A stretch of 64,000 bases of DNA from Folioceros fuciformis (Eukaryota). The stretch covers positions 102,336 to 166,335 of the forward strand of contig JBNGIO010006013.1 in the NCBI GenBank assembly GCA_049999805.1, given 5' to 3'. Under the pieces are notes generated by a model. That model did not search any database. It was not told where the DNA came from and saw only the letters and a program-made list of their open reading frames with translations. The position numbers were made by a program, and so were the translations under genes. Positions 39,515 through 52,000 of this stretch are shown here, in pieces (position 1 is the first letter of the stretch; the number at the start of each line of letters is the position of its first letter).

Positions 39515-41728
39515 TCAAAATGACTCCGCAGGAAATCCTCGAGTCGAATCGATCTTTGATGCCAGTTCTCGCAGCTCTTGAACTTCTTCCACAGAGAGGC
39601 TCCACCCTAGAGCTCCTGCAAATTCCTCTGCCTGCAAGGCAAAAGTGAAGTACGATGTCAGAGGCAGCGGGGTCTACTAGCTGTAAACGCATCAACGAGG
39701 ACAAAAGATCGACATGGAAGGCTTGCCTGAGCTGCCGTTTTGGCTCCCGGGATGGGCACCACGTTGCCTTGGGCGATGAGCCAGTTGAGAGAAACCTAAA
39801 ACACACCGAATCAAGGTGTAGGTGAACGCAACAACCGGCAAAGCTTTCCTTTTAGGAATCCCTCACAAGACAACTACCTGGACTGGGGTCTTGTCGTATT
39901 TTGCACCCACTTCCTTCAACCTGTCTAACAGAGGAGCAGCCTGTGACAGTACCAAGAACTTGTTACTCTCTCCCTAGGTGGGCATGAAATGAAAGTGAAA
40001 AGCACTCCCTCTGCGGCTCGATCGATAGCCTGGTTCCAGAGGAAAGAAAGACCTTGATGAAGAATTCCTTGGTGTACACTCTGCCACGTGGTCCTGTAGG
40101 ACGATTTTCAGGTGTGTACTTTCCACTCAAGATACCTGAACACGAGAACGAAAACAGAGTGATAACCAAATTGCTAAGCAGATGATCAGACTGCAACTAT
40201 CATGGAAGCAAGTTCATCCCGATGAGAAGAATACCTTGGCCGATAGGCGAATATGCAATCACAGTGACCCCCAAATCATCGCAAGCCTGCTTCACCCCAT
40301 TCTTTTCAGCAAGCAAGTAAGCTAGACTGTATTGGATTTGGTTGGAAGCCAAAGGAATATTCCTTTCACGGAGCTTGGTATGGGCTTTTCGTAACCTTTC
40401 CACTGCAAACGCGTGTCAAAATGTCAGCAGGAGCACCGTCAACAGCACCACAAAGCATCTACTTGAGAAGCACCAACAAGGCGGCAAGATTCTCTAGTAC
40501 CGCACTCACCCTTGAAATTTGAAACTCCCACCGCTTTCACAAGGCCCTGCTCTACGGCGTCACCGAGCCCGTCAATGTACTCTGTGTCAGCAATGAGCCA
40601 TACCAACCACAATCAATCATGTATGTACTCCACGGTAGGCCAAAGTGCATGGCGTTGCAAAGCAAGGTGACGCCTACCGTCATTTTGCCACGCTCCAGGC
40701 CTGTGGGCACATGAGTGGGATCGTCAGCCAAGAAGTTCACATTTTCCCCGTGAGTTGAGTTCAGTGGCACACTCAGTCATTCACATTCAACACAGCTCAT
40801 ACCAGTGAATCTGATAGAGGTCGATTGAAGGAACACCCAACTTCTTCAAGGATTCCTTCACGGCTGCAATGACACTCCGTCTGCCAAATCGCCATGGCAG
40901 GGACGCAAATTTGGTGGCAACGAAGGCTTGCTTGTCATCTTTCAGTTTCCTGTACTTGATGAACCTGCGAAAGTCCAACTCGTTAATCGGTAGGTCGCTC
41001 GTATGATTTGGCACAAGCTGAGGTTCGGCATTCAAGCATCACACTTACTCCCCGAGAAGTCTCTCTGAATCTTCGCCTCCAAACAACTGTAAGGCATGAA
41101 GGTTCCATCAGCAACAAGGCATCTCATATCTACGCGGTAAGAAAGTGGGAAAGGATTTCATACCTTTGAGCCATAAACCTCTGCAAGATGAAGAAGAGAG
41201 AAACGTCAAAACAGATCACCAATTTTGAAAAACCAAAGCCATCACTGACACCCAAACAAGCAAAAACACCTGCTGTGTCAAAGAGTGTGATGCCCGCATC
41301 CAGGCCCGCGTCGAATGCTCCCTTCGCCTCTTTCACCTTCCTATCTGTCCAGCAGAGAGTTCAGAATTAAGAGAGGAGGCAGTTCCAAACCATCACCGCG
41401 TAACACACGGCAAAGGAATTCCAGCCATCTTACCGTCCCAGCTACCGTTCCAGTATATAGTGTCCCCCCAAGCCCACGCTCCAATTCCCAACTTGGTGAC
41501 TTCAAGGTCAGTCTGGCCAAGTTTCTGAGTGGTGGATTCCGCAGGAGTAGCAACCTGTGCCCTGACTCTCAAACTCCTTTCGGATGGGAAGATTGACACT
41601 CGAAGGTGCGCCGATGATCTCTGAATCTGGCCTTGGAAAGTCTCATGTGCTGAGGATTTGAAACGATTGAAGTAATGTCGGGAAAAGGAGGGAGATGGCA
41701 AAACTAAAGCTGAGGACGCGGAAGTCAT
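39515..41728 (-). CDS. Plastid aldo-keto reductase (At1g06690-like by recall), multi-exon
   Basis: Transit-like N-terminus, [49 protein letters not shown] and VVPIPGAK. Confidence 0.9.
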
Positions 41729-42077
41729 CCTTAAAGAGACGGGATGTCAGCAGCTTCTGGAAACCAAACAACGGGACATAACTGCGCAATTGAAATGGGC
41801 TATGCGAGAGAGCAGTTCTGGGAGCAGCAGGTAAATGGGGTGAACGAGCAGGTGCACACGAGATCCTTCGGTTCTGTAACAATCCTGGTGCATGAACAAC
41901 GCCAGCATGGCAGAAATGCCCTGCAGGTCTCGGCAAGAGTTAATGGTTGGTCACGTGGCCTGAGCACAGCGGCCAGAAATCACGTACTGGAAGATCTGAG
42001 CCTCACAGTCAGAGGCTATGATTATCCTGTCAAGTAAAACGTGGCCAAGAAGGAGCTTCATGTCCACCCGCCGCAAC

Positions 42078-43638
42078 CTACTTCCGATCAGGCGCCAGCA
42101 GGCTCGCCAAAGGTGATAAGAAGCTTGATCTCCAAATGCTCTTCCTCAGGCAGGAAAAGATTAGCCATCTTTCCTTGCTTGTCATCTGCGCAAACCTGCC
42201 TGGCTTTGTGGAGTATGAGAGCACAGCGTCTTGCCAGAGCATGTCATATATTCGTAGAATTTCCTTGCGCAGATTTATGCTTTCTTTTTCTTCCCCTTCT
42301 GCCAAGTTGATGTCAGGAGAAGTAGGGTGTCTGGCTGTCGGCAACTGCACTTTTAAGGCGGCACTCTTACGGGACCAGATAGTGAGACACGCAGGAGCCC
42401 ACGGCCAACTCGGTAGAGATATGTGGCCGATTTCATTCCAGTTTTCCATCAAAGCTGAAAGAAATTTTACTCCTCCAGTTTGAATGCTGGATGAGTGGCC
42501 ACCAACAAAGGGGCCAGAAGTTTCTCCGACGTAGAGAACCGTCCTCCCGGAATAAGCCCGCAAACTTTCCAGTGCCATGTTTGCATTGGCTGTGCCACCT
42601 GCGTCATCCTGACAGATCATCATGTTTCCACCGGCTCAGATTGAAGACATCAGTGACATGCTCTGCAAACAGGAGGAGGAACGCGTACCTCAGCAGGTGG
42701 CCAGCAGAGGAATAGTGAAAAATCAGGATACAGGGCTACCATTTCCGGACCACCCTCTGCACAACATATCGACAAACTCACTGGCATAAGAAGAGGGGGC
42801 ATGACATGCCATATTGGACGCAGGCGTTTCAAGGTGAACAGTCAGACGACCTTGAACGACGGTGAAAGGCGGAGCATTCCCTGCTTGATTGCCTCGTCGT
42901 CCTGATCACGCAGCTGTTTCAGTAGACGCATAAACAAGAAGGCAAAACGAGAGCAATCTCGAGTAGTAACACCACCTGTGGCTTGGACAACACTGGAGAC
43001 AATGCCATCAGGCAATCCATGGTAACCGTTTAGGTCACTATGTGTCATGGGGGTCCTGTCAAAAGCCACCACCTTCACATCTCTCTGCCGAAGGAGCGAT
43101 GCCCAGTAGCCCGTACCCGCACCCATCTGCTGTTCCAGAACAGACTAACGTCACTCTCCCAGCACAATGGGCCTGTCCTGTAACTGAACCATATGAAGGA
43201 TGGAGAAAACAGGGACCTCCACAACACCATCAGGAGACGAGCGGGCAATGGCCTCCAATGCGTCCTCGGAAGGGACCGCCCTGCGACAGACATGTCTCTG
43301 AATTCTCACAACTCTTCAACGAAGATTCTACCCAACGAGTGCAACAGCCAAGGGAGCAAGACGAGGCAATACCACGAAAACAGGCGTCGCAGTGGGACAA
43401 CGTTGAGCCTGTAGTAGATCAAAGCTAGCTCGTCAGGAGGCAAATGTTCCCAGCCCATCTGCCTCAACTCCTGCATCCTGGTTTCGAAAAGGTCGTGGAA
43501 CTGGATCTGCAGCCCACGGGTTCTAGATACTTGTTGCAGCGTTTGTGCAGCAAGGCTCCTGCTGCTGTGTGGACCATACCGAGTCCAGGACACGGAATCC
43601 CGCCATCTGCAGGCCGCATTGAAGACGCTACGCAGCAT
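42078..43638 (-). CDS. Uncharacterised class I SAM-dependent methyltransferase-like protein
   Basis: Spliced FSWAVPSEDAL...VVEVGAGTGYWASLL (motif I), VAFD, LFLCWPP and LYVGE. Start codon tentative. Confidence 0.72.
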
Positions 43639-43856
43639 AGCAGGACCCCCGGTTCGTTCCACGGATGCTCCACCTGCGGGATGCTCAAGCTAATGAAACC
43701 TACTTTCACGTAATTGGGTGATGTGACTCGAGAGGCGTTCTGAGACTACACATGTCGACTTTGGACAGCGGCTGTGACGTCCACCGCTCTCCTTCGCAAG
43801 CTTGAAGTCACAACCTTTAGATCCGGGCGAAGACGAGTCACCGCACTCTCAGGAGC

Positions 43857-45077
43857 ATGGCAGTCCGACCATCTTGCACCTGGGCTCAGAGATACAGCAT
43901 TTCCAACGTGCACCAAGCGCCCACAAGTGCCCCCTTGTCTCCTGCATTTGTGCGGTGCAGTCATGCCCCGGTGTTGAGCGCAGGCAAGTCCATGCACTCT
44001 CTCAGGGCGGGATTACGGGCTACAGAGAAGGTGGGCAAAAGTGGAGCTGTCTCCGTAAGGGCTACGCTTGCTGCCGAGGAAGCCCCTTCCAAGGTGGATC
44101 TCTCAGGCATCAAGGCGGAGCTGCTGGTATGTGCATGTGCTGAACCTGGAACCCCATGCGTTGCATCCTTGTTAGCATCTGATCCAGGCTTTGGCAGCTT
44201 GCAACATGACCGGGTGGGTGGTCATAACGCCTTTGTTTTCTTGGGATGGGCTTCTGACAGAGCCGACTTGCTGGCTTGGACCGAGGCCTGGTGGCCACGC
44301 CAGCTGATCAGGCAGAGGTGGACGAGGCTGCCCGCAAACTGGAAGCAGATGGCAATGCCGTGGAGTTCCCCGACGATCTGGACTTGCTGCAAGGGAGATG
44401 GCGGCTGGTCTACAGCAGCGGCTTCGGCTCTGGCAGCTTCGAAGGCAGTCGGCCAGGGCCACCAATTGGGCGGCTGCTGCCCCTCACCCTGGGACAGGTC
44501 TTACCTAGGGGACAGGTTTTGTGGCCTGGCAAGGCCTTTCATCTGATTTGCTGCCAGAAAATGAATGTTCATCATGTGCCATGCTTTGATTCATGTATTC
44601 TCACAGCTTCCATCGCTGCTGTATCTTCCCTCAGGCTTACCAAAGGATCGACGTCCCCAGCAGGCAGTGTGACAACATAGTGGATCTGAAAATAGCCGCA
44701 CCTTGGCCTCTCCCTCCGCTGGAAGTCACAGCCACTCTTGGCCACATATTCGAGCTCACAGGTAATTACTCACTGTACAGCTACCACCCATCCTATCCTA
44801 ACCCCCAAATCTCCTCTCTTAGCTCTCTTCACCGCCGTGATGTCCTCTTCCCCTTTGCGTAGGAGGGGCCGTAATCCGCATCACCGCGGACAAGACCATC
44901 GTGAAACCAGGAGGAGGGTTATCAGAACTGCCACCTCTCCAGCTCCCTCAGCTGCCAGAATTCCTGAGGCCGCCCCCTGGATTACGCAGTGCAGAGTTTG
45001 ACAACACGTTCGTGGATGATGAAACAAGGATCACTAGAGGAGACAGAGGCGAGCTCCGCATCTTTGTCAAAGCATGA
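43857..45077 (+). CDS. FBN4: Fibrillin / plastid lipid-associated protein, FBN4 (PAP6)-like
   Basis: LDRGLVA, LQGRWRLVYSS, GRLLPLTLGQ, APWPLPPLEVTATLGH and RITRGDRGELRIFV. Transit-like N-terminus. Confidence 0.88.
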
Positions 45078-45846
45078 TCAAGCTGTCTACATTTGCTACA
45101 TACTGTAATAAAGGACTTGCTACCAACCTTGCGATCGCCTCGTTGGCTACGGCAACGCACTCAGCGATGTAGTGGGTGAAGTCTGCGCGGTTGTTGCCAA
45201 CAAACATACGATCTCGCAACCGATTGCATCGATTCTACCTGTGAAATCGATGCAGGGTACGCGTGGCACTTGCAAGGTCCGCCAGTAGTCTGACTAAAGT
45301 TCCAAATCTGGCAAGTTTGTTGGTGGCGAATGGCGGGCTCCGCCGGACAGGCCGAGGGGTAGCTCTGCGGTAGCGGGACCACCAGTGTTCTGGGGCGGTA
45401 GTGGTTCGCCAGAGTTGTGGGAAATCCGAATCCGACACGGTCAGAGAAGCACGGCTGGAAAACAGTAGTTACGCAGCCACGCTCTTGGGACTGTCCTTTG
45501 TGCCTTGGTTTCCAACTTTGGCTCAACCTCCCACGTACAGCGACTCAGGTGGCATGCGACCACTGCATTGCGCTCTTTGCTGTGACATATGTATGAACGT
45601 CGTTTTTCTGGTGGGGGTCTGATGCCGGATTTCCAATGCCTTGCTGTGTCAGTGCGAATGTCACTGACCTGGAGTCACAGCGGGCGGCGGGCTGCTGTTT
45701 GTTGCGCTCTTGGCCCGGGTGCCGAGGGTTGCTCCAGTAGGAGCCAGCAAGTTGCCGGAGTCTCTTGTATGGAAGCTCCGGAGAGAATGTCTTAGGATCG
45801 GGAGCTACCCTCCCTCTCCTGCGTCTTCTGCACAGGGACTGGCGCT

Positions 45847-47988
45847 ATGGCGGGGACTGCCAGCATGTTGCTACAACCACTGATTCAAGGCGCGGCAATG
45901 GCTGTGCAAGGGCAGGGGTATTCGCTGCCGTACCTGCCACGTCGACGAGGGCCTCAGGACTCTTCAGCCATGTTCCATGAGGTGTGCAGAAAATCGTGTC
46001 ATGCTTATGCACGGGTTGCTCTTGGTGCTGGGTTCTTCAACATTCTACCCCACTGGCTTGCAGGGAATCACATTCCAACCACTAGAAAGGAAGGATATTA
46101 GGTTCAAGACAAGCAGCAAAGCCAGGAGCTTTGGGGGCCAGATAGTCATGACCTTATTAGACGAGAGACCTGTAGCTGTAAAGCCTCCGGCAGTAAACCC
46201 ATCGACAGTTTTGGTAAGGAGTACGCGTCAGTAGGCGGCCACCTTGCTATACTTTCTGAGTTTGTGCTGATGGTGGCGTCTTCTTCTGCAGGCTTACGAG
46301 CTAGTACAAGGAGCTTTGGTAAACATGTCTCACGGGAACCAGCTAGTTGTATGTGTGCATCCACCCAGCAAACGTCACCTTATCCCCGATGACCTTATGG
46401 AGCCTGACCATGCAGGTCAGATGGAGTGAGAGTAGGAGCAAAGCGACACCCCAGCCACCTACAGCTGTTCTGCTTCACGGCATCTTGGGAGGACGACGCA
46501 ACTGGGGTAGGTGTTTAATCCTTCGATCCTTGCCCTCGTTGTGACGTCTGCGATGCTAACCTTCCGTGTTTGAGCCTGCCACACTCAGCATCTTTCGCAA
46601 AGAGGCTTGCCCAGCAGTTTCCAACATGGCAGGTAACCGTCCTTGATTGTCGACTCTCTTCGAGCTTAAAGAGGCGGCATTTCGAGGTTTGAACTGACCA
46701 GTAAACAACTATCTTGCAGTTTCTGTTAGTGGACTTGAGATGCCATGGTGACTCCACCGATTTGAAGACAAGGGGACCTAATACAGTGGCATCAGCAGCT
46801 CGAGACGTGTTGCAACTAGTAAGTTTGTATCAAGTTCCTTCAGCTATATTGTAGTTCAGCACACCGTGAAGGTTCCTTGAGCTCTGCATTCCCCAGGTTG
46901 GACAGTTGAAGCTTACTCCAAGAGTACTCGTAGGCCACAGCTTTGGTGGCAAAGGTACGAGAACTTGTCGTCACGATGCTTTGACATGGTATGCAAAATT
47001 AAAAAGGCACAGCAGCTCACATTGGTTGCATCTTGCAGTGGCGCTGAGCATGGTTGATCAAGCTGCAAAACCTCTTCCACGCCCGGTTAAGGCAAGTTTC
47101 TCAAACCACTTCATCCAGCATTCCTGCATGGACAATCTCCTTGTCCTCTTTCTCCTCAGCGCCGGTAACAGATACCCTTGTACTCCAGGTATGGGTGTTG
47201 GATGCCACACCTGGACAGGTGCGAGCAGGTGGAGACGGCGAGGACCACCCGGCAGAGCTCATAGCAGCTCTCCGAGAAATGCCACATGCGGTACCCTCCC
47301 GCCGGTGGCTCATCGAAACCCTTGCTCACAAGGGCTTCTCCACCGCCATCGCTCAGGTACAACTTCCACCATCTCCCTACCTCCAACATCCAAAAAAAGT
47401 CCCCTCTTCCAAATTCTGAAAACTAAAGCGACTGCCTAACCCTGCAGTGGATGACCACCAACCTCAAACCCATCGAATTCGCCAACGGCGACCGAAGTCC
47501 TGGCTTCCAATGGATCTTCAACCTGGATGGCATAGCCTCCATGTACCACTCTTACGAGGAGACAAATCTGTGGTAAGGCCCTGGGATCTTCTCATCTGGG
47601 ACAAGAACCAAAGTAGGCTTTCTCACAAAAACTGCCACGCCGCACAGGCCCCTCGTCGACGACGTGCCTGAAGGTGTTCACATCAACTTCCTCCGAGCCG
47701 AGCGGAGCTTACACAGGTGGGCACTGGAAGACGTGCAAAGGATACATACCGCAGAGATGGTGGCGTCTGCCGACGGCGCCGGCGTGGAGATGCACGTCCT
47801 GGAAGACGCAGGCCACTGGGTCAGCTCCCTTCACCTTGTCGTCTCCTTTTCCTTTCCGTCACACGCACGTTGGTCATCTGACCCCACGATCCATGCAGGT
47901 TCACACCGACAATCCAGACGGCCTCTTCAGAATTCTCGCACCCTCCTTCGGTGGCACCCGTTTCCTGTCCCCATCTCTCCACGGCTAG
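45847..47988 (+). CDS. Alpha/beta hydrolase, ABHD11-like, multi-exon
   Basis: LHGILG, VDLRCHGDS, GHSFGGK nucleophile elbow and DAGHWVHTDNPDGL. Confidence 0.9.
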
Positions 47989-49029
47989 CCTCGCCCAGGA
48001 AATCCCTTGGAACATTAAAAATTAAAAATTGAAATGCACAATCCTACTTCTAATTCCGGCCCTACGCACGCCTAGGTGTGTCTCACCTTAATTAGGTGGT
48101 CTCCCAAGAATAGTAGTTAGCTCATTGGCTTACATATTCAAGAAATATTTTAATGTATGAATACAACAAAAACACTCCTAGTAGAAGATCTTGAGGAGCA
48201 GTTGTTTTTAGCTCTTCTTCGAGGTTAGAACAGCCGTATCTTTTGTAGCCAGGTTACCGCCATTGACATCCATCATCCAACTATGTATAGGTAAAGCGCT
48301 AGGAGAATTTGAAGACATGTAAAATATAACATGCTAGGAAGTTTTTGTGAAGGAAGAGCAACCACGGGGCTAAACCACGGATACAACTCTCTTTGAAGCC
48401 TTTGAGGTCAAGGGAAACTAACAAAGATCTGAAATTCCAAGATGTTGAATTCTGATAGAATGTCAAGGGGAACTAATGTGATCTTCGATACTTGCTTGTG
48501 CTGGTAGGATTGCAAAGAAAGGAAGATGAAATGCAGCATCCCTAATCCCTAAATGCTTGCATCCCCCCCTCCTAATCACGACTTCATGAGCTCTCGTCCA
48601 AACGGCTGGGGGTAGATGCCTTTGCCGATCTTTCCTTTGCAGCAAGTCTCGGCTCCATGTTTTGAACNNNNNNNNNNNNNNNNNNNNNNNNNNNNNNNNN
48701 NNNNNNNNNNNNNNNNNNNNNNNNNNNNNNNNNNNNNNNNNNNNNNNNNNNNNNNNNNNNNNNNNNNTGAAAACTTGAAAAGACAAAAATAGTTAAAGTG
48801 GAAGTGCCGGGCTGTGCTTTGGACTTGAAGCTCTCCCGCCCGTGGTTGCCTCCGGGACGCAATGAGGACTGCAATTTGGCGCCTTTTGCGCAGCAGCTGT
48901 AGGCATCACAAGGCGTGGGCTGAACCTGCTGGCTCGTGACAGCAGCATTTGTGGATACGGCGGGACGCCTGGCCTCGTCTGCCCGCTGCTAGGGCTGCTT
49001 TGCCAGCCCAATTCAGCGCATGCGGCAAG

Positions 49030-52000
49030 ATGTTCTACTCGCAGTTCATTTTGGCAAAGAAAGGGCCGCTGGGAACGATATGGATAGCGGCCCATTTGGA
49101 AAGGAAATTGCGGAAGAACCAAGTGACTGAGACCAACATCAGCGTGTCTGTTGGTGAGTGCTTCTCTGGAGAGTGGACTGGCTTTGAGCGAGTCAGTGCT
49201 GCCGCGTGTTTGGGTTTAGAATTGGCCTCCTGTGGCCTTGTGCAGTTTAGTCGGGTTCCCAATGTTCGGGACTCTGCAGGCTGTTTCTTCCTGACGATGT
49301 TGAGCAGGCTGTTGTGAAGGCGTGTTCAGCTCCCCTTGTCCAAGGAAGATATCCGTATTGACTGTGCACGTGTGGTATGTTGTGCAATGGGATGCTTGTT
49401 TCTGGTCCACACTGCTTGAGCTGTTCTCTCTGCAAGTAGTTGAGCCGTTCCAGTCCAGGCTTCAGGGTAGCCTGTTATCTGTGCAGTTTTTCGGGCCCGT
49501 GATTTTTAGTGTTTCCCTGGTCTGCCAGAGGCTTCAAGTGGCTGCGTTCTGACTGCCTTCCCGTGGCTTGGACGCAGACTCCATCCTCTTTCCTGAAGTT
49601 CCTATTGCGCTGAGATTATCCGGCCACCTATTGCTTGGGGTGGTGAGGATTTATTCGAGGAAAGTCAATTATTTATTCCATGACTGCAGCGAGGCTCTTA
49701 CCAAGATCAAACAGGCCTTCCACTCGGGCGCTGTCGATCTCCCGCCAGATGCAGCTACTGCACCCTTTCACTCCATCACCATCCCTGAGAACTTCGATCT
49801 TGATGAGCTGGAGCCATTGCCTGAGCGGGAATCCAATGCTCTTTTTACGTAAGCACTCTGTTGGCAACATTTTCCGTGAACTCGTGTCCTTTTTCTTTGC
49901 CTGTCTTCGTGCTAGATTTTGTGTTTTAAACTCGTTGGTTGCTGTGCTCATCAAACTTTTGTTCCCCTGTGTGGGATTGTGATGGCAGTAGTCACTCCGC
50001 TGACCATCATGTTACCAGTCGAGAGCAGATTACTCTTCGGGATCCCCTGGGGGATGATGTGTACCTTGCCTCGTTCGACTTGGATGGTATGTAACGGTGC
50101 CAACGGCTTGATTTCCATGCTTCGATTACGTTGAGTGTTCATGCTTGCTTCATGTGAGGGTTTTTAAGAGTTTGCGTTCTGCAAGGATCGTTCGTCAGTT
50201 TCTGTACGGAGTGGCTATCGTTATTCACAACTGATCAAAGCTGCTGTATTGCAGAGAGGTTTCCTGAGGGTGATGCTGAGAAACTGGGAATCGATGATGA
50301 AGAGGTATATTTTCCCCCCCTGTTAGGTCTTCTTTTGCAAGTGGGCTGGCAATTGTTTTTGTGCTTCTGCTGAGGCCTTGCTGATGGCCCTCTCCAGGAG
50401 TTGCTAAATAAACCTTATGAGCGGGAGCAGAGTCCCGTGACCACTCTAGAAGAAGAGTAAGTGCTACTACGTCTGTTTTCTTTGTCATCTTTGCAAAAAG
50501 TAGATGTCAGGTGCCAGTTATTTCCGAATGGCTGTATTCGTATACAAATTACCTTGTGTTCTGGTCCGTGCAGTCAGCTGGCTCCTATGCCTGAGGATGA
50601 GGAACTTGACTTTGATCGGATGGATGTGGATGCGAACGAAAATGACCCGGCCAGTCCAACGGTTGTCAAGGACAGAGCAGACGAGGATGAACTGTTTGGC
50701 CACTCTATAGAAATGCAGCCAATGTTGGAGGATGAACGACTTGAGCCCTCTTCTTTAGCTGGTGATGATGACATGGACTCTGAGCGACTGCACCAGAGTC
50801 CTGGTACATCTCCTATTCGTGTTGTAGAGTTACCTGCGGCGCAGGATGGTGAAGAAGAAGGTGTGAGAAATCAAAGTGAGTTGCCAGATGAAGAGATGTC
50901 AGCTCATGGAAATACTCCAAACTTAACAGACACTGTGGAAGCTCAGGGCATAGAGGACAAACAACTTGAGGCTATCAAAGAAAATGAGGGTACATTTGGG
51001 GGGGTTGCATCTATTGGTGCTGACATGGGACAAGGGGATGAACATGGGCGGGATGCAGATGGCTTAGTTATGAGGGATGAGGAAAGCGTAGCAGAGGAAG
51101 CTGAATGCGCCAACCCTCAGGACACTGTGGTGTCTGTACACGAAGAGGATGCTGAGCCTCTCCATGGCGAGTCCAATGAAGTGCGTGCAACCAATTCAGT
51201 GGATGGTTTGCATGCCAACGGAGCACCTGAAACACTGCAGGAGCTTGACCAGCAGCCGCATAAGGATGATGCAGTGAGTACTGCTCAAAATGTGCATGTG
51301 CACGCGCGTGATGAGGATGCAGATGACGTCATTAGCAGTCCTAAAGACGGTCAGAGATCTCCTCACGAAGTTCCAGAGTATGAGGTTGTTAGGTCTGTCG
51401 TGGACACCGTGGAGAAAGAGCCTGACATGTTTGAGATGGACAAGGGGTCACCTTCTGAATTGATAGCTGAACAGCAGCATGGTGCAGAGAAGCTGGATGA
51501 AATAATGGAGGACGTTGTGCTAGTAGTAAGTGAACATGATAATGTGATGGAGGGAGCTATGGTTGTGCGAGAAAGCTCTAGTCCTCCTCTAGCATCTCCT
51601 GGGAATGAGCATGATGTGCCTGAGGACAACGAAGCTCTGGCCGAGCTTCTGGGAGGTAGAGGAAAACTTATGCTACCCTCTGTTCTTTAGCAACGTTTTG
51701 CACTTTAGCCTCTTCTCAACAAAGGGATTGCTCCTTTGTGTCAGAGTGAAGACATGGGTGGATTATCGGAAGAGGAACTTAGAAGTGAAAGCTCTGGTGT
51801 TGCAGGAAGAGGTACCCCTGCTCTGGGAGTTGTTCCAACCCCTCTTGCAGCAATTGCGCCAAAGACTGTGAAGCCAAGGGTGTCAAAGAAGCGAAAAGCT
51901 GTGTTTGACCTTTTCGACCTCCGGACAGTTATACAAGCAGAGTAAGAGCTGATATTTTTGGTACAGCAAGCAGTTCCTTGCCAGATAGGACTGTGTCCTT

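Noticed and set aside
48250-48667. Possible LINE RT fragment (W...GG...LGIRD)
   Set aside because: Only one weak motif, next to an assembly gap.
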